Shown here piece by piece: positions 53,501 through 64,000 of a stretch of 64,000 bases of DNA. The notes below the pieces were generated by a model, which was given only the letters and a program-made list of their open reading frames with translations, made no database searches and was not told the DNA's origin. The translations under genes and the position numbers were made by a program. Every line of letters begins with the position of its first letter. The stretch's first letter is position 1. This stretch comes from Eledone cirrhosa (lineage: Eukaryota): contig OZ024759.1 in NCBI GenBank assembly GCA_964016885.1, positions 23,064,001 through 23,128,000 on the forward strand, in the 5' to 3' direction.

Positions 53501-55112
53501 ATTAGTGCTCGTATTGGTGCTTGTATTGGTGCTCGGATTGGTGCTTGTATTAGTGCTTGTATTAGTGCTCGTATTGGTGCTTGTATTGGTGCTCGTATTG
53601 GTGCTTGTATTAGTGCTTGTATTAGTGCTCGTATTGGTGCTTGTGTTAGTGCTTGTATTAGTGCTCGTATTGGTGCTTGTATTGGTGCTCGTATTGGTGC
53701 TTGTATTAGTGCTTGTATTAGTGCTCGTATTGGTGCTTGTATTGGTGCTCGGATTGGTGCTTGTATTAGTGCTTGTATTAGTGCTCGTATTGGTGCTTGT
53801 ATTGGTGCTCGTATTGGTGCTTGTATTAGTGCTTGTATTAGTGCTCGTATTGGTGCTTGTATTGGTGCTCGGATTGGTGCTTGTATTAGTGCTTGTATTA
53901 GTGCTCGTATTGGTGCTCGTATTAGTGCTTGTATTAGTGCTCGTATTGGTGCTTGTATTAGTGCTTGTATTAGTGCTCGTATTGGTGCTTGTATTGGTGC
54001 TCGGATTGGTGCTTGTATTAGTGCTTGTATTAGTGCTTGTATTAGTGCTCGTATTGGTGCTTGTATTAGTGCTTGTATTAGTGCTCGTATTGGTGCTCGT
54101 ATTAGAGCTCGTATTGGTGCTTGTATTGGTGCTCGTATTGGTGCTCGTATTGGTGCTCGTATTAGTGCTTGTATTAGTGCTCGTATTGGTGCTTGTATTA
54201 GTGCTTGTATTAGTGCTCGTATTGGTGCTCGTATTAGTGCTCGTATTGGTGCTTGTATTGGTGCTCGTATTAGTGCTCGTATTGGTGCTTGTATTGGTGC
54301 TCGTATTGGTGCTCGTATTAGTGCTCGTATTGGTGCTCGTATTAGTGCTTGTATTAGTGCTCGTATTGGTGCTCGTATTAGTGCTCGTATTAGTGCTTGT
54401 ATTAGTGCTCGTATTGGTGCTTGTATTAGTGCTTGTATTAGTGCTCGTATTGGTGCTCGTATTAGTGCTCGTATTGGTGCTCGTATTGGTGCTCGTATTG
54501 GTGCTCGTATTGGTGCTCGTATTAGTGCTCGTATTGGTGCTCGTATTAGTGCTCGTATTAGTGCTTGTATTAGTGCTCGTATTGGTGCTTGTATTAGTGC
54601 TTGTATTAGTGCTCGTATTGGTGCTTGTATTAGTGCTCGTATTGGTGCTTGTATTGGTGCTCGTATTGGTGCTCGTATTAGTGCTTGTATTAGTGCTCGT
54701 ATTGGTGCTCGTATTAGAGCTCGTATTGGTGCTTGTATTGGTGCTCGTATTGGTGCTCGTATTAGTGCTTGTATTAGTGCTCGTATTGGTGCTTGTATTA
54801 GTGCTTGTATTAGTGCTCGTATTGGTGCTCGTATTAGAGCTCGTATTGGTGCTCGTATTAGTGCTCGGATTGGTGCTTGTATTGGTGCTTGTATTAGTGC
54901 TCGGATTGGTGCTTGTATTAGTGCTTGTATTGGTGCTTGTATTAGTGCTTGTATTAGTGCTCGGATTGGTGCTTGTATTAGTGCTCGTATTGGTGCTTGT
55001 ATTAGTGCTCGTATTGGTGCTTGTATTAGTGCTCGGATTGGTGCTTGTATTGGTGCTTGTATTGGTGCTCGTATTGGTGCTTGTATTAGTGCTCGTATTA
55101 GTATTTGTATTA
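50600..55112. repeat. 12-bp minisatellite (GTATTRGTGCTY)n, about 375 copies over 4.5 kb
   Basis: Read directly; open in three frames (TSTN, VLVL, ISAR/IGAC). Confidence 0.97.
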
Positions 55113-57671
55113 ATGCGTATGACCATACTACTCTTTAAAAAATGCCGGGTTTAAAGTAAAACTATATAGTTTAACAATCCCTTGATTAGAAAATTCGATG
55201 TAAAGATGGTTGAATTCTCAATTTTCCTTCACCTTTTCCCTCTTGTCTCTCCATCCGTCGCTGTATTTCATTTTACATTCATTTAAATCAATTAAAATAA
55301 TGTTTTTCTATATTTTCTTTAATCATTATGAAACACTCTCGGGTTTCGAATAATCACTCCCACCCCACTACCCTGGTTAATGTTTCAAATTTTTTCCAAC
55401 CCCACCTCTTATTAAATTTTGCTTATCTTTCTCCGACGAAATTTTATTTTAAGTGGTAGCATTCCTGCGACAATTAATTTTCCTTAAAAAACATACATGA
55501 CAAAAAATTAATTACTAGAAATCTCATACATTATAAAATACTTGTTAGCTGCTGGGACACTGCATCCTTTAAAACCTCCATGCTTCCTGAAATTCGCCAA
55601 CACTACACTTGAAATCCCTCCTCCATACATACGTACACATGTCTATCATAACTCATACACTGTTCACTTTCCTGACATTTGTACATTATTCTATGTACTA
55701 TACATGCACCTTTGGCGAGTTGTAGTGCACCTGGATACTGTACACAATAATTTCATTATTATTATTATTTTTTAAATAGGATGGATTGGGGGACTCAATA
55801 TGAAAACTAATCGACTAATTCAGGTTTAAAAAAAAAAGATTATCGATTTTCCATTCCATCCACCGCTTACTCCAACTCCCCCTATTATTTGGGACCCGAG
55901 ATTGGCCATTAAATTACGGTGGCTCAGTTCTACTTTACCTATCTACATACCTATCAATCAATCTACCGACTTCTATTTGGGGTTTGTCCTTTGTTGTTAT
56001 TGCATTCTTGGCCAAAGATAGATACAGTGGTGTGTGTGTGTGTGTAGAGGGAGAGTGGGAGTGTGTGTAGGGATAGTGTGTGTAGAGAGAGAGGGGGAGT
56101 GTGTGTAAGGAGAGTGTGTAGGGAGAGTGTGTGTAAGGAGAGTGTGTGTAGAGAGAGAGACAGAGGGGGAGAGTGTGTGTGTGTGTGTGAGTGAGAGAGA
56201 GATTATAGATCGACAAACAAGCCGACAGATTTAGTCAGTGACGTAGACATACATATATATATGTGTGTGTTTGTATATGTATACATGTGTGTGTTTGTAT
56301 ATGTATACATGTGTGTGTGTGTGTATGTATGTATGTATATATATATATAAATACACACACATATATATGTATGTATGTATGTATGTATATGTGTGTGTAT
56401 ACAAACACACACAGGGGGAGAGGTAAATCCCGACCGCGGCGCCAAACAGTTTCCACTTGTGTGTTCAGCAAGCCTTTACGAGGTGTAGTAATATTTGTAT
56501 GGTTCGAAAAAATAGGTCACTGGTCTTGGAAGTGCTTTGATTGAACTTATTGTAGTAAACCCGTCTGGAGTTTACATATCTCTATACCCACTCTGCATCT
56601 CCCCATGCACTGAGTACTCCCATGGTTAGTGGTCTCCTCGGTCTCAGCTCCACAGACTATCTCTGTGTGTGTGTGTGTTTGTGCTAACGAAGGCATAGAA
56701 ATCAGTCATTATGGTCCGGCCGCTCTCAATACGCAATCAATAAGACAAGATACAAATGTGGGAAACACGAAAAATTCTACCCAGAGTGATAGATATAAGG
56801 CCAGACATACTGCGGGATGGATAGATGTTGTGTTTATTCTCCGAAGATAGATACACTGATAGCTATTAATAGACAGCTATTGTTTGACTACTGGGGCATC
56901 TTGCCAGCACTGTTATGAAACAGTGAGAGAAATAGAAAATGAGAAAGAAAGAGAGGAGGATAAGGAGGAAAACATTAAGTCACCATTTCCCAAACGAATT
57001 CAAGCATAAGCTGGTTGCCACTTGACAGCCGTGTTTTATTATAAAGATATTACAGGTATATGTGTGACCGTACAAACGTGTGCTAAATAGATTTGATTCT
57101 TAACCGTGTCTGATTAATGGAAATTTATATTTGAATAAACTTTTTGCAACCTTTATAACCAAATGAAAACAAACACGTTTGACCTATTTATCGGTGTTTT
57201 GATGTGCGTGTGCGTGTGTGTGTGTGTGCGTGTACAGAGAGAGAGATTTCATTACAAACATATATATATATATATATATATATTACAACATTGACTTATA
57301 TGCCAGGGCGTTGATAAATAAATATATATTTTAATTTTTTTCATGTTGTTTTAATGTTTTTCCACCACTTTCCTCTCACACCTTCTTGGAACTCCTCTCC
57401 TTCCCACCATTCTCCTGATGAAGGGCTTATGCCCGAACGTCGCCCCCGCCCCCCACTCTCAAGCGTGAACCTAATACCTAACACCTTTCGTAACTGTGTT
57501 CTTTGTTGTTGTTATTTACTTTTCCAATATATATATATATAGACACACACACACACACTAATACACGAATATGTGTGTGTGGATATATATATATATATGT
57601 ATATATAGGGTACCCCCAAAAATGTATACGCAGTTTGATTAATGCTGTTGAAGTGTGTATACATTTTTGGC

Positions 57672-57707
<36 letters not shown>

Positions 57708-57764
57708 GACTGCCAAGACTGGAATTGAACCATCAGCACAGATGAGGTATGTCAGACATCAATT

Positions 57765-57830
57765 TATTTTATCTGATGAGGACGTACTGAGGAAACAGCA
57801 CAGTACCTCTGAAATATATATAATAAAATA
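57765..57830 (+). ncRNA. Hammerhead ribozyme motif with intact core, in a pLTR-like element (about 57707-57973) flanked by (TA)n
   Basis: TATTTTAT-CTGATGA(57773-57779)-GGAcGTACTG...CAGTACcTCT-GAAA(57811-57814)-TATATAT-A(57822)-ATAAAATA; palindromic stem III ATATATAT. Confidence 0.75.
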
Positions 57831-57971
57831 TATTTGATCACCTGAATGTCTATATTTATTAATATTTTGAAGTAATATTAATAACTCCAGAAAACCCAGC
57901 TGTTGAGTGCTTCTAATCTATTGTAAAAACTATATTCATTGATTAATCAATGAACCTTGTTAAACTTTTGG

Positions 57972-58022
<51 letters not shown>

Positions 58023-58734
58023 AAAAACATGAGAAGAAAGAAGAATACTGCGTGGTTTGCACATGGGTTACATATGATAAAAATAGTCCTTCGTCAGTGA
58101 TTTTCCAACCATCATTGGTATTTCATCGCATTAAAAATCAGATACCTCAGGTTGGTGCGAGCAATAACTAAAAAAAGTTATTGGGACCAGAATTCGCGTA
58201 AGGCGAGGGGGACAAGTAAACAACCTAGAAGGATGTGGGAGGGCGGAGGTGTCTCATATACATGCGATCATAGATTTATTCTTTAAGTGTCAGCAGTATC
58301 AGCTGTGGTTTGACAGAAACGTTAGAACGTCGGTCAAAATACCTTCTGGTATTCAGTTACGTCCCTTTTAGTTCTGAGATCAAACCCCGTCGATGTTAGC
58401 TTTGTTTTTCATCCTTACAGAGTCAATATAATAAAGTACCGGTAACGTACTGAGGTTCGATTTAATCTTCCCTCACGCACCCCACAAAAAATTGTTGGTT
58501 TTCTACCAAAATCAGAAAGACTTATTAAGATTATGGCGGCTGTTTATTAGAATCGTTAAAGTGTCAGACATCACACACTCTCAACAAGTATCTTTGCCAC
58601 AACCTCATCGACCTAACTCCGTCTACTCTCTCTCTCTGCTTTTTCTAACGCTACTACAGTGGCTCTGCTCGCCTGCTGTCTACTCAAAACGAAAGAATGC
58701 TCAAATTCAGAGCTATATCGCTATTACATTGACT

Positions 58735-59230
58735 TCTTCGCCCACTTATTTCCGAGAGGGACGTGGGGGAAGAGTCCTCAAACGCTCCTTCCAGTGGGAC
58801 CTGTCAGAAGCAACCGTCTGCACCTGATCCGGCCAGATCCGGCGAGACCAGCCAAGCTCATGGTTGTTGTCCAACCATCTTGCTCGGGGTCTCCCCACTG
58901 GGTCTTCTGCCAGTTGGTTTCGCCCGTAAGATCTGTCCAGCGATTCTTTCCCGAGACATTCTAACCACATGCCCATAGCATCGAAGTTGAGATCTCTCAA
59001 TTCGGAGAAGTAGCGGTTCTACCTGGAGTGACTCTTCATCTCCGAGTCAGGCACTTTATCGTGTAACGTTACTCCAAAGACCCTTCAGAGGAACTCTATT
59101 TCAGCCGCTTGTATTCGCGATCGTATTATTTCGGTCATTACCCAAGATTTATGACCATAGGTAAGAGTTGGCACAAAAACCGAATTGAAGTTAGCGATCT
59201 TGACTTTTACGCCTACCTCCCTTCTGATTT
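58735..59230 (-). mobile_element. RTE family 2 LINE 3' fragment
   Basis: Frameshifted IERSQLRCYGHVVRM...GRPRARWLDN...VASDRSHWKERL. Confidence 0.85.
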
Positions 59231-59427
59231 CTGAATTGTAAAAAAAAAAATGTACTGGAGACTAATAAATATTTAAACTGTGTCGAGATCGATTTATATT
59301 GAACTAGGCACTCTCAAGCTAACTACAATAGCGTTTGTTCACCTGCTGTCTACTTAAAACGAAAGAACACCCAAATTCAAAGCTATTTCGCTATACCATT
59401 ACATTGTAAAAAATGTTTAAATTATAA

Positions 59428-59610
59428 GGGAGAGAGAGTGGTAGAGCGAGAGAGAGAGTGGCAGAGCGAGAGAGAGAGTGTGGCAAAGAGAGAGAGATAG
59501 AGAGAGTGACAGCGAGAGAGACAGACAGTAAGAGAGAGTGACAGCGAGAGAGACAGACAGAAAGAGAGAGAGACAGACAGAAAGAGAGAGAGACAGACAG
59601 AAAGAGAGAG

Positions 59611-59669
<59 letters not shown>

Positions 59670-59790
59670 CAGAGAGAGAGAGAAAGAGACAGACAGAGAA
59701 AGAGAGAGAGGCCGAGAGAGAGAGGCCGAGAGAGAGAGAGGCCGAGAGAGAGAGAGGCCGAGAGAGAGAGAGACCACGAGAGTGAGAGAG
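59428..59790. repeat. GA/GACA-rich microsatellite
   Basis: Read directly. Confidence 0.92.
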
Positions 59791-60309
59791 ACCAGAAACT
59801 AAAGGTAGAAACTTAATGTCCATTATGTATGTAGTAAACCATTAGTAATTGGTCTCTAAACATCTCTAATTGGTTTTTCTTTTTAATCATAACAAAGCAT
59901 TTTATCGCACTGGAAATACACCCTGAGAGAGAGATAGAGAGAGAGTGTTTATATATATACATATATCTGTGTGTGTTTATACACACACACACGCGCAAAA
60001 CACACGGGCGTGTATGTTTAGATGTATGTATATTTGAAGATAAAAATTGCTTGATGTGTAACCAGTTAATTTCATGCGATAGACAACATTTATTGGTTTA
60101 ACTCAACGCCCACCCCTATCATGTTCCTCCACCACTAAATGTTAACGATGATAAGAGACGAATGGGGGAGAGAAATTACTTTATAGGTACACATTAGGAA
60201 TGAACCTCCGCCGGCTTCAACGATGATTGTTCCAGTGGTTCAACAAACGAAATAGTCTGCCCAACGAATTAACATACAAGTAACTGACCATTCCACATAC
60301 GAGTTCGTA

Positions 60310-60975
60310 GGCTGATTATGAAGGAGTAAAGCTGGAGCTGTGAAATCTTGAATGCATTAATTTCAACTCTGCTTATTAATAACTTCATTGTTTCTTTCAC
60401 GAGACTAATGTTGAAAAATAAACCTCATTTGGTAATTCCATGAGAGTATCTTGGTCATAGACTGACTGTGAAGGATTGATGCTAGAACTGTAAAATCTTG
60501 CATGCCTTAATTTCAACTCTTATTAAAATCTGCATTGTTTTTTTCCAGAGACTATGTTGAGAAATAAACCTAATTTATTCATTCCATGAGAGTATCTTGG
60601 TCAGACTATGAAGGAGTGGTGCTAGAGCTGTGAAATCGTGCATAAATTTCAATTCTTCTAATTAATAGCTGGATTGTTTCTTTCCAGGCACTATGTTGAA
60701 AAATACACCTCATTTGGTCATTCCATGAGAGTGTCTTGTCTGAACATGTCAACCGACCCTCGCATATGTATGTGTATGTATGTATGTATGTATGTATGTA
60801 TCAGGGCCGGCTGGATAGTTCATAAGCTGACTATGAAGGAGTGATGCTAGCGATGTGAAATCGTGCATGCATTAATTTCACCCCTTTTTATTAATAATTG
60901 TTTCTTTACAGGCACTATGTTGACAGATAAATCTCATTTGGTCATTCCATGAGAGTATCTTGGTCAGCCTATGAA
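60310..60975. repeat. Four degenerate tandem units of about 140-150 bp
   Basis: TGAAGGA...GTGAAATC...TGTTGA(A/G/C)A...TTCCATGAGAGT(A/G)TCTTG recurs near 60310, 60461, 60603 and 60826. Confidence 0.85.
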
Positions 60976-61035
60976 CGTTTACCTGTATACCGATAAAGTA
61001 ACTAGAGGAGGGAGGGGTGTCAATTGTGATACTGT

Positions 61036-61295
61036 GTGTGCAATAAAGCTGTCTCTTTGAAATACAGATGCAATGCACCGGAGGGGCTTCCAAACAGTTG
61101 AATTGCCCGGAGAGAGGGCGAGTCAAGCATAACACCGTGCAATAGAACTGTCCCTTTAAAATACAAATACAGCAGATCCTATAAGGTCCCAAACAGTTGT
61201 ATTCCCGGGAGAGGGGGCGTCTAGCGTAACTCCGTGCAATAGTGCTGCCCCTTTGAAATACAGATACAGTCGATCGTAAAAGCTTCCAAACAGTT
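61036..61295. repeat. Three diverged tandem units of about 98 bp
   Basis: GTGCAATA at 61038, 61137 and 61234, each followed by CTTT(G/A)AAATACA and CCAAACAGTT. Confidence 0.8.
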
Positions 61296-61815
61296 TCTGT
61301 CGACCCAATATCACTCACGAGGTATGAGTCGACAACCATCCTACGGGGAAACGCCTTCTCCATTCTGTCCTCCGGGGCTGTGAAGAGGCCAGCACGTGGG
61401 CCCCCATTTGTTCACCATACGGAGAGATGTGGAGGACAAGAGAGATGGAAGCGATGACAGTGGGAGTTCGGCTGTTCTTTCATGTTTGCTTAGGTTACAA
61501 CTGCATTGTGATAGAAGCTGGAATTGTCACCAATAAAATACTATCACAGAAAATATTTGGTGGCAAAGATATAAATTTATCTCGGAACTATTTAAGACGC
61601 TATGATAAATAAATGACATTTGCTCTGGATGCCAGTCACTGAGATGGAATTCAGACTGACGATTGTGAAGCAAGCTTCTTAACCAGTCAACCATGTTACA
61701 TCACACTAACGCATACACGGGTGAAACATACACGGCCTTGGGTTTCTGTCTGATCCCAAGTATCGAGTACACTAGTGGGTTATGGCCCACTTGCTATTTT
61801 ACCACACCCTTTCTG

Positions 61816-61860
<45 letters not shown>

Positions 61861-61865
<5 letters not shown>

Positions 61866-62040
61866 AGTAAGTAAGACCCCGACGGCTGAGCTCAAGCCGT
61901 TTTGACGGCTAATTCTGTGTCGAAACGGCTTGAGCTCAGCCGTCGGGGTCTTACTTACTCCTATTACCCACTCTACTACCCTAAGTATTGAGTACTTTGG
62001 TGCGTTATGGTCCACCTGGTTCCTTACCACTTTTCCTTCG

Positions 62041-62041
<1 letters not shown>
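61861..62041 (+). mobile_element. pLTR-like element with a 46-bp fold-back at the 3' half of an HHR, between two (TA)n tracts
   Basis: Arms 61861-61906 and 61919-61964 (one mismatch); GAAA-CGGCTTGAGCTCAGCCGT-C stem III with GUC site; homologous to 22533-22700. Confidence 0.7.
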
Positions 62042-62082
<41 letters not shown>

Positions 62083-62339
62083 AAAGGATAACAAGGACGA
62101 TTGGTTACTCCATTACATTTATTGGTAGGTGACGCGCGTTTCGCCACTGATCAGCTCAAGGTTCGATCTGTATCGATCCTACCCGACTCAATTATCAGCA
62201 GCTCGACGGACCCTTTAAAATGCTACAAGAAAATGCAATGCATGCTGTGATAAAGACAGAAGTTCAAGAGTTTGACAATATGAATTGTTTTGATTGGTGG
62301 GAAGGATCAAAGGGATGTACTGAATATATATATATATAT

Positions 62340-62600
62340 ATCATCATCATCATCATCGTTTTACGTCCGTTCTTCCACGCTAGCATGGGTTAGACGGGTT
62401 GTCCTGTTGTGGGCAGTGTCTGGTCGGCTGACCATGCCTTGCTCATACAGGAACTGATCTAGCTTGATTTCTACAGCTGGATGCCCTTCCTAACACCAAC
62501 CTCATTTACAGTGAGTGCTGGGTGCTTTTTCTTGGCGCCTACACGTCCACTTTACAGTGTGGGCTGGGTGCTTTTTTGCCGTGGCACCTCCACGACCACC
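62340..62600 (-). mobile_element. RTE-type 3' UTR/tail element; related pieces near 21545-21720, 33945-34090 and 30720-30868
   Basis: (CAT)n tail and GGATGCCCTTCCTAACACCAACC, shared with the 9420-9560 UTR. Confidence 0.75.
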
Positions 62601-63057
62601 TTGCGGTGGGGGGAGTGGGGGCATATTGTTTATATGCTTCAGCATGTACCCATGGGAGGTCGCGTACCCTGTATTACTGCGTGTATATATATACAAATAA
62701 AGATTCAGCGAGAATCGCATTTTCGGCGGGCAGGAAAAGCGAAGCGAAACGCAAAAATCAGAAATGATACTGGCAAAGTGCTCAATAGTTGAAAACCAGA
62801 GCTAAACAATGTGTTAAGAAGCCATACAAAACTGAAAAGGTGGTCAAGAAAGCATTTAACCACCCAAGCCAAAAACCAAATCAAGCTAAACAGGTCAAAA
62901 CAAAAACTAGTTTCAGAAGATCCCGTTAAGGGTGAAAGCAGCGATTATTTGCTTAAACTTTAATCTGTTATTTTAATAAATATGGTTCTTATATATTTGA
63001 TATATATTTATTCTTATCGAGCTCTCTTTGGATTTTACTCTTCAAATTTTTTATTAT

Positions 63058-63101
<44 letters not shown>

Positions 63102-63218
63102 CGTTGAATTTTCTAATTGGATATTCACCCCGAAACTGGATACCAACCCGGAGTACACCTGAACTTCCACCAGGAAATCTTTCGTAACATTGAAATTTTC
63201 TTTGCTTCTTATATATAT

Positions 63219-63650
63219 ACTAGCAGAGGTACCCGGCGTTGCTCGGGTATTAAATAGCAGTTGTATATACCATCTATGTCAATACTTCAGTGCTACTTCG
63301 AAAACTATACTTTTACAACATCATCGGCTTTTTCCAAAATAGGGTTCCTGCCCCCAGGGGTCCCCTACTCAATATGTGCCAATTCTGAGAGTTCACATTC
63401 ATCTGTAGGACAAACGTAGCCCATGTGTCAAGTTTTGTGAAAATCGGTTGCGAACTCCAGAAGTTATGACGTTTTGTTGCATTGCACTGCAGTGCTTCAG
63501 TCGACTCCAAGGAAGTGGTTAAAGGGGGTTATCTGCCGGGAGGCCCTATAATCAATATCTGTAAAAATGAAAGTGCCCATGACCATCCGGAGTACATAAG
63601 TAACCTGTCTTAAGTTTGGTGAAAATACTGTAGAAATGCATAAGGTTTAT
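63219..63650 (-). mobile_element. Helitron-like element 3' end; 5' boundary uncertain
   Basis: Minus strand ends CCCGAGCAACGCCGGGTACCTCTGCTAG|T, the same end as the 39402 element. Confidence 0.6.
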
Positions 63651-63658
63651 ACACGCGC

Positions 63659-63701
<43 letters not shown>

Positions 63702-64000
63702 TGTGTGTGTGTTTGTGTGCGTGTGCGTGTGTGTTTGTGTTTGTGTGCGTATGTATGTGTATGTCCGTCGGAACATACGTATGTACTGGCCTAAATCTTC
63801 ATTATTTACTTTTACTATTTTAATAACCTCTGTGATTTTCGTTTTCAATTTTATTTACATCATTCTTAAACTCCGGGGCTGGAAATCATTCTCCTATGTT
63901 AAATAGAATATTGGTCTAACGACTCCATTTATACCATAAACTTGGTCTTGTCTTTGCATGAAATTGTTCTTCTCGCTCCACATAACGACGTATTATCCTC

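Noticed and set aside
50601-55154. (LV)n and (ISAR/IGAC)n plus-strand ORFs
   Set aside because: Implausible proteins; open only because the 12-mer has no stop in these frames.
57615-57670. Small inverted repeat CCAAAAATGTATAC...GTATACATTTTTGG
   Set aside because: Probably a tiny Tc1/mariner-type MITE remnant; too short to classify.

Overview
Repeat-dense, AT-rich eukaryotic DNA. The SINE families, RTE/R4 LINE debris and long (TA)n/(GA)n tracts suggest a cephalopod (octopus-like) genome; this is inference. I can support no host protein-coding exon, and almost all long ORFs in the track are translations of simple repeats. The window holds many tRNA-derived SINEs, RTE and R4/Dong LINE fragments, an internally deleted mariner, Helitron-like elements, MITEs and three large minisatellites. 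The main signal is at 1645-5047: a homogeneous array of a 311-bp non-coding unit, each unit carrying a type I hammerhead ribozyme (HHR) motif with a palindromic stem III. About 8.5 copies face one way and about 2.4 the other, the inversion point lies on the ribozyme, and both outer ends run into kb-long (TA)n. Four smaller insertions from three other sequence families (22.6, 26.7-27.2, 36.8, 61.9 kb) also show a fold-back at or beside an HHR motif next to (TA)n. This suggests a Penelope-like/retrozyme system that targets TA microsatellites. Ribozyme activity is inferred from motif and pairing only. Coordinates were counted by hand and edges of degenerate elements are approximate.
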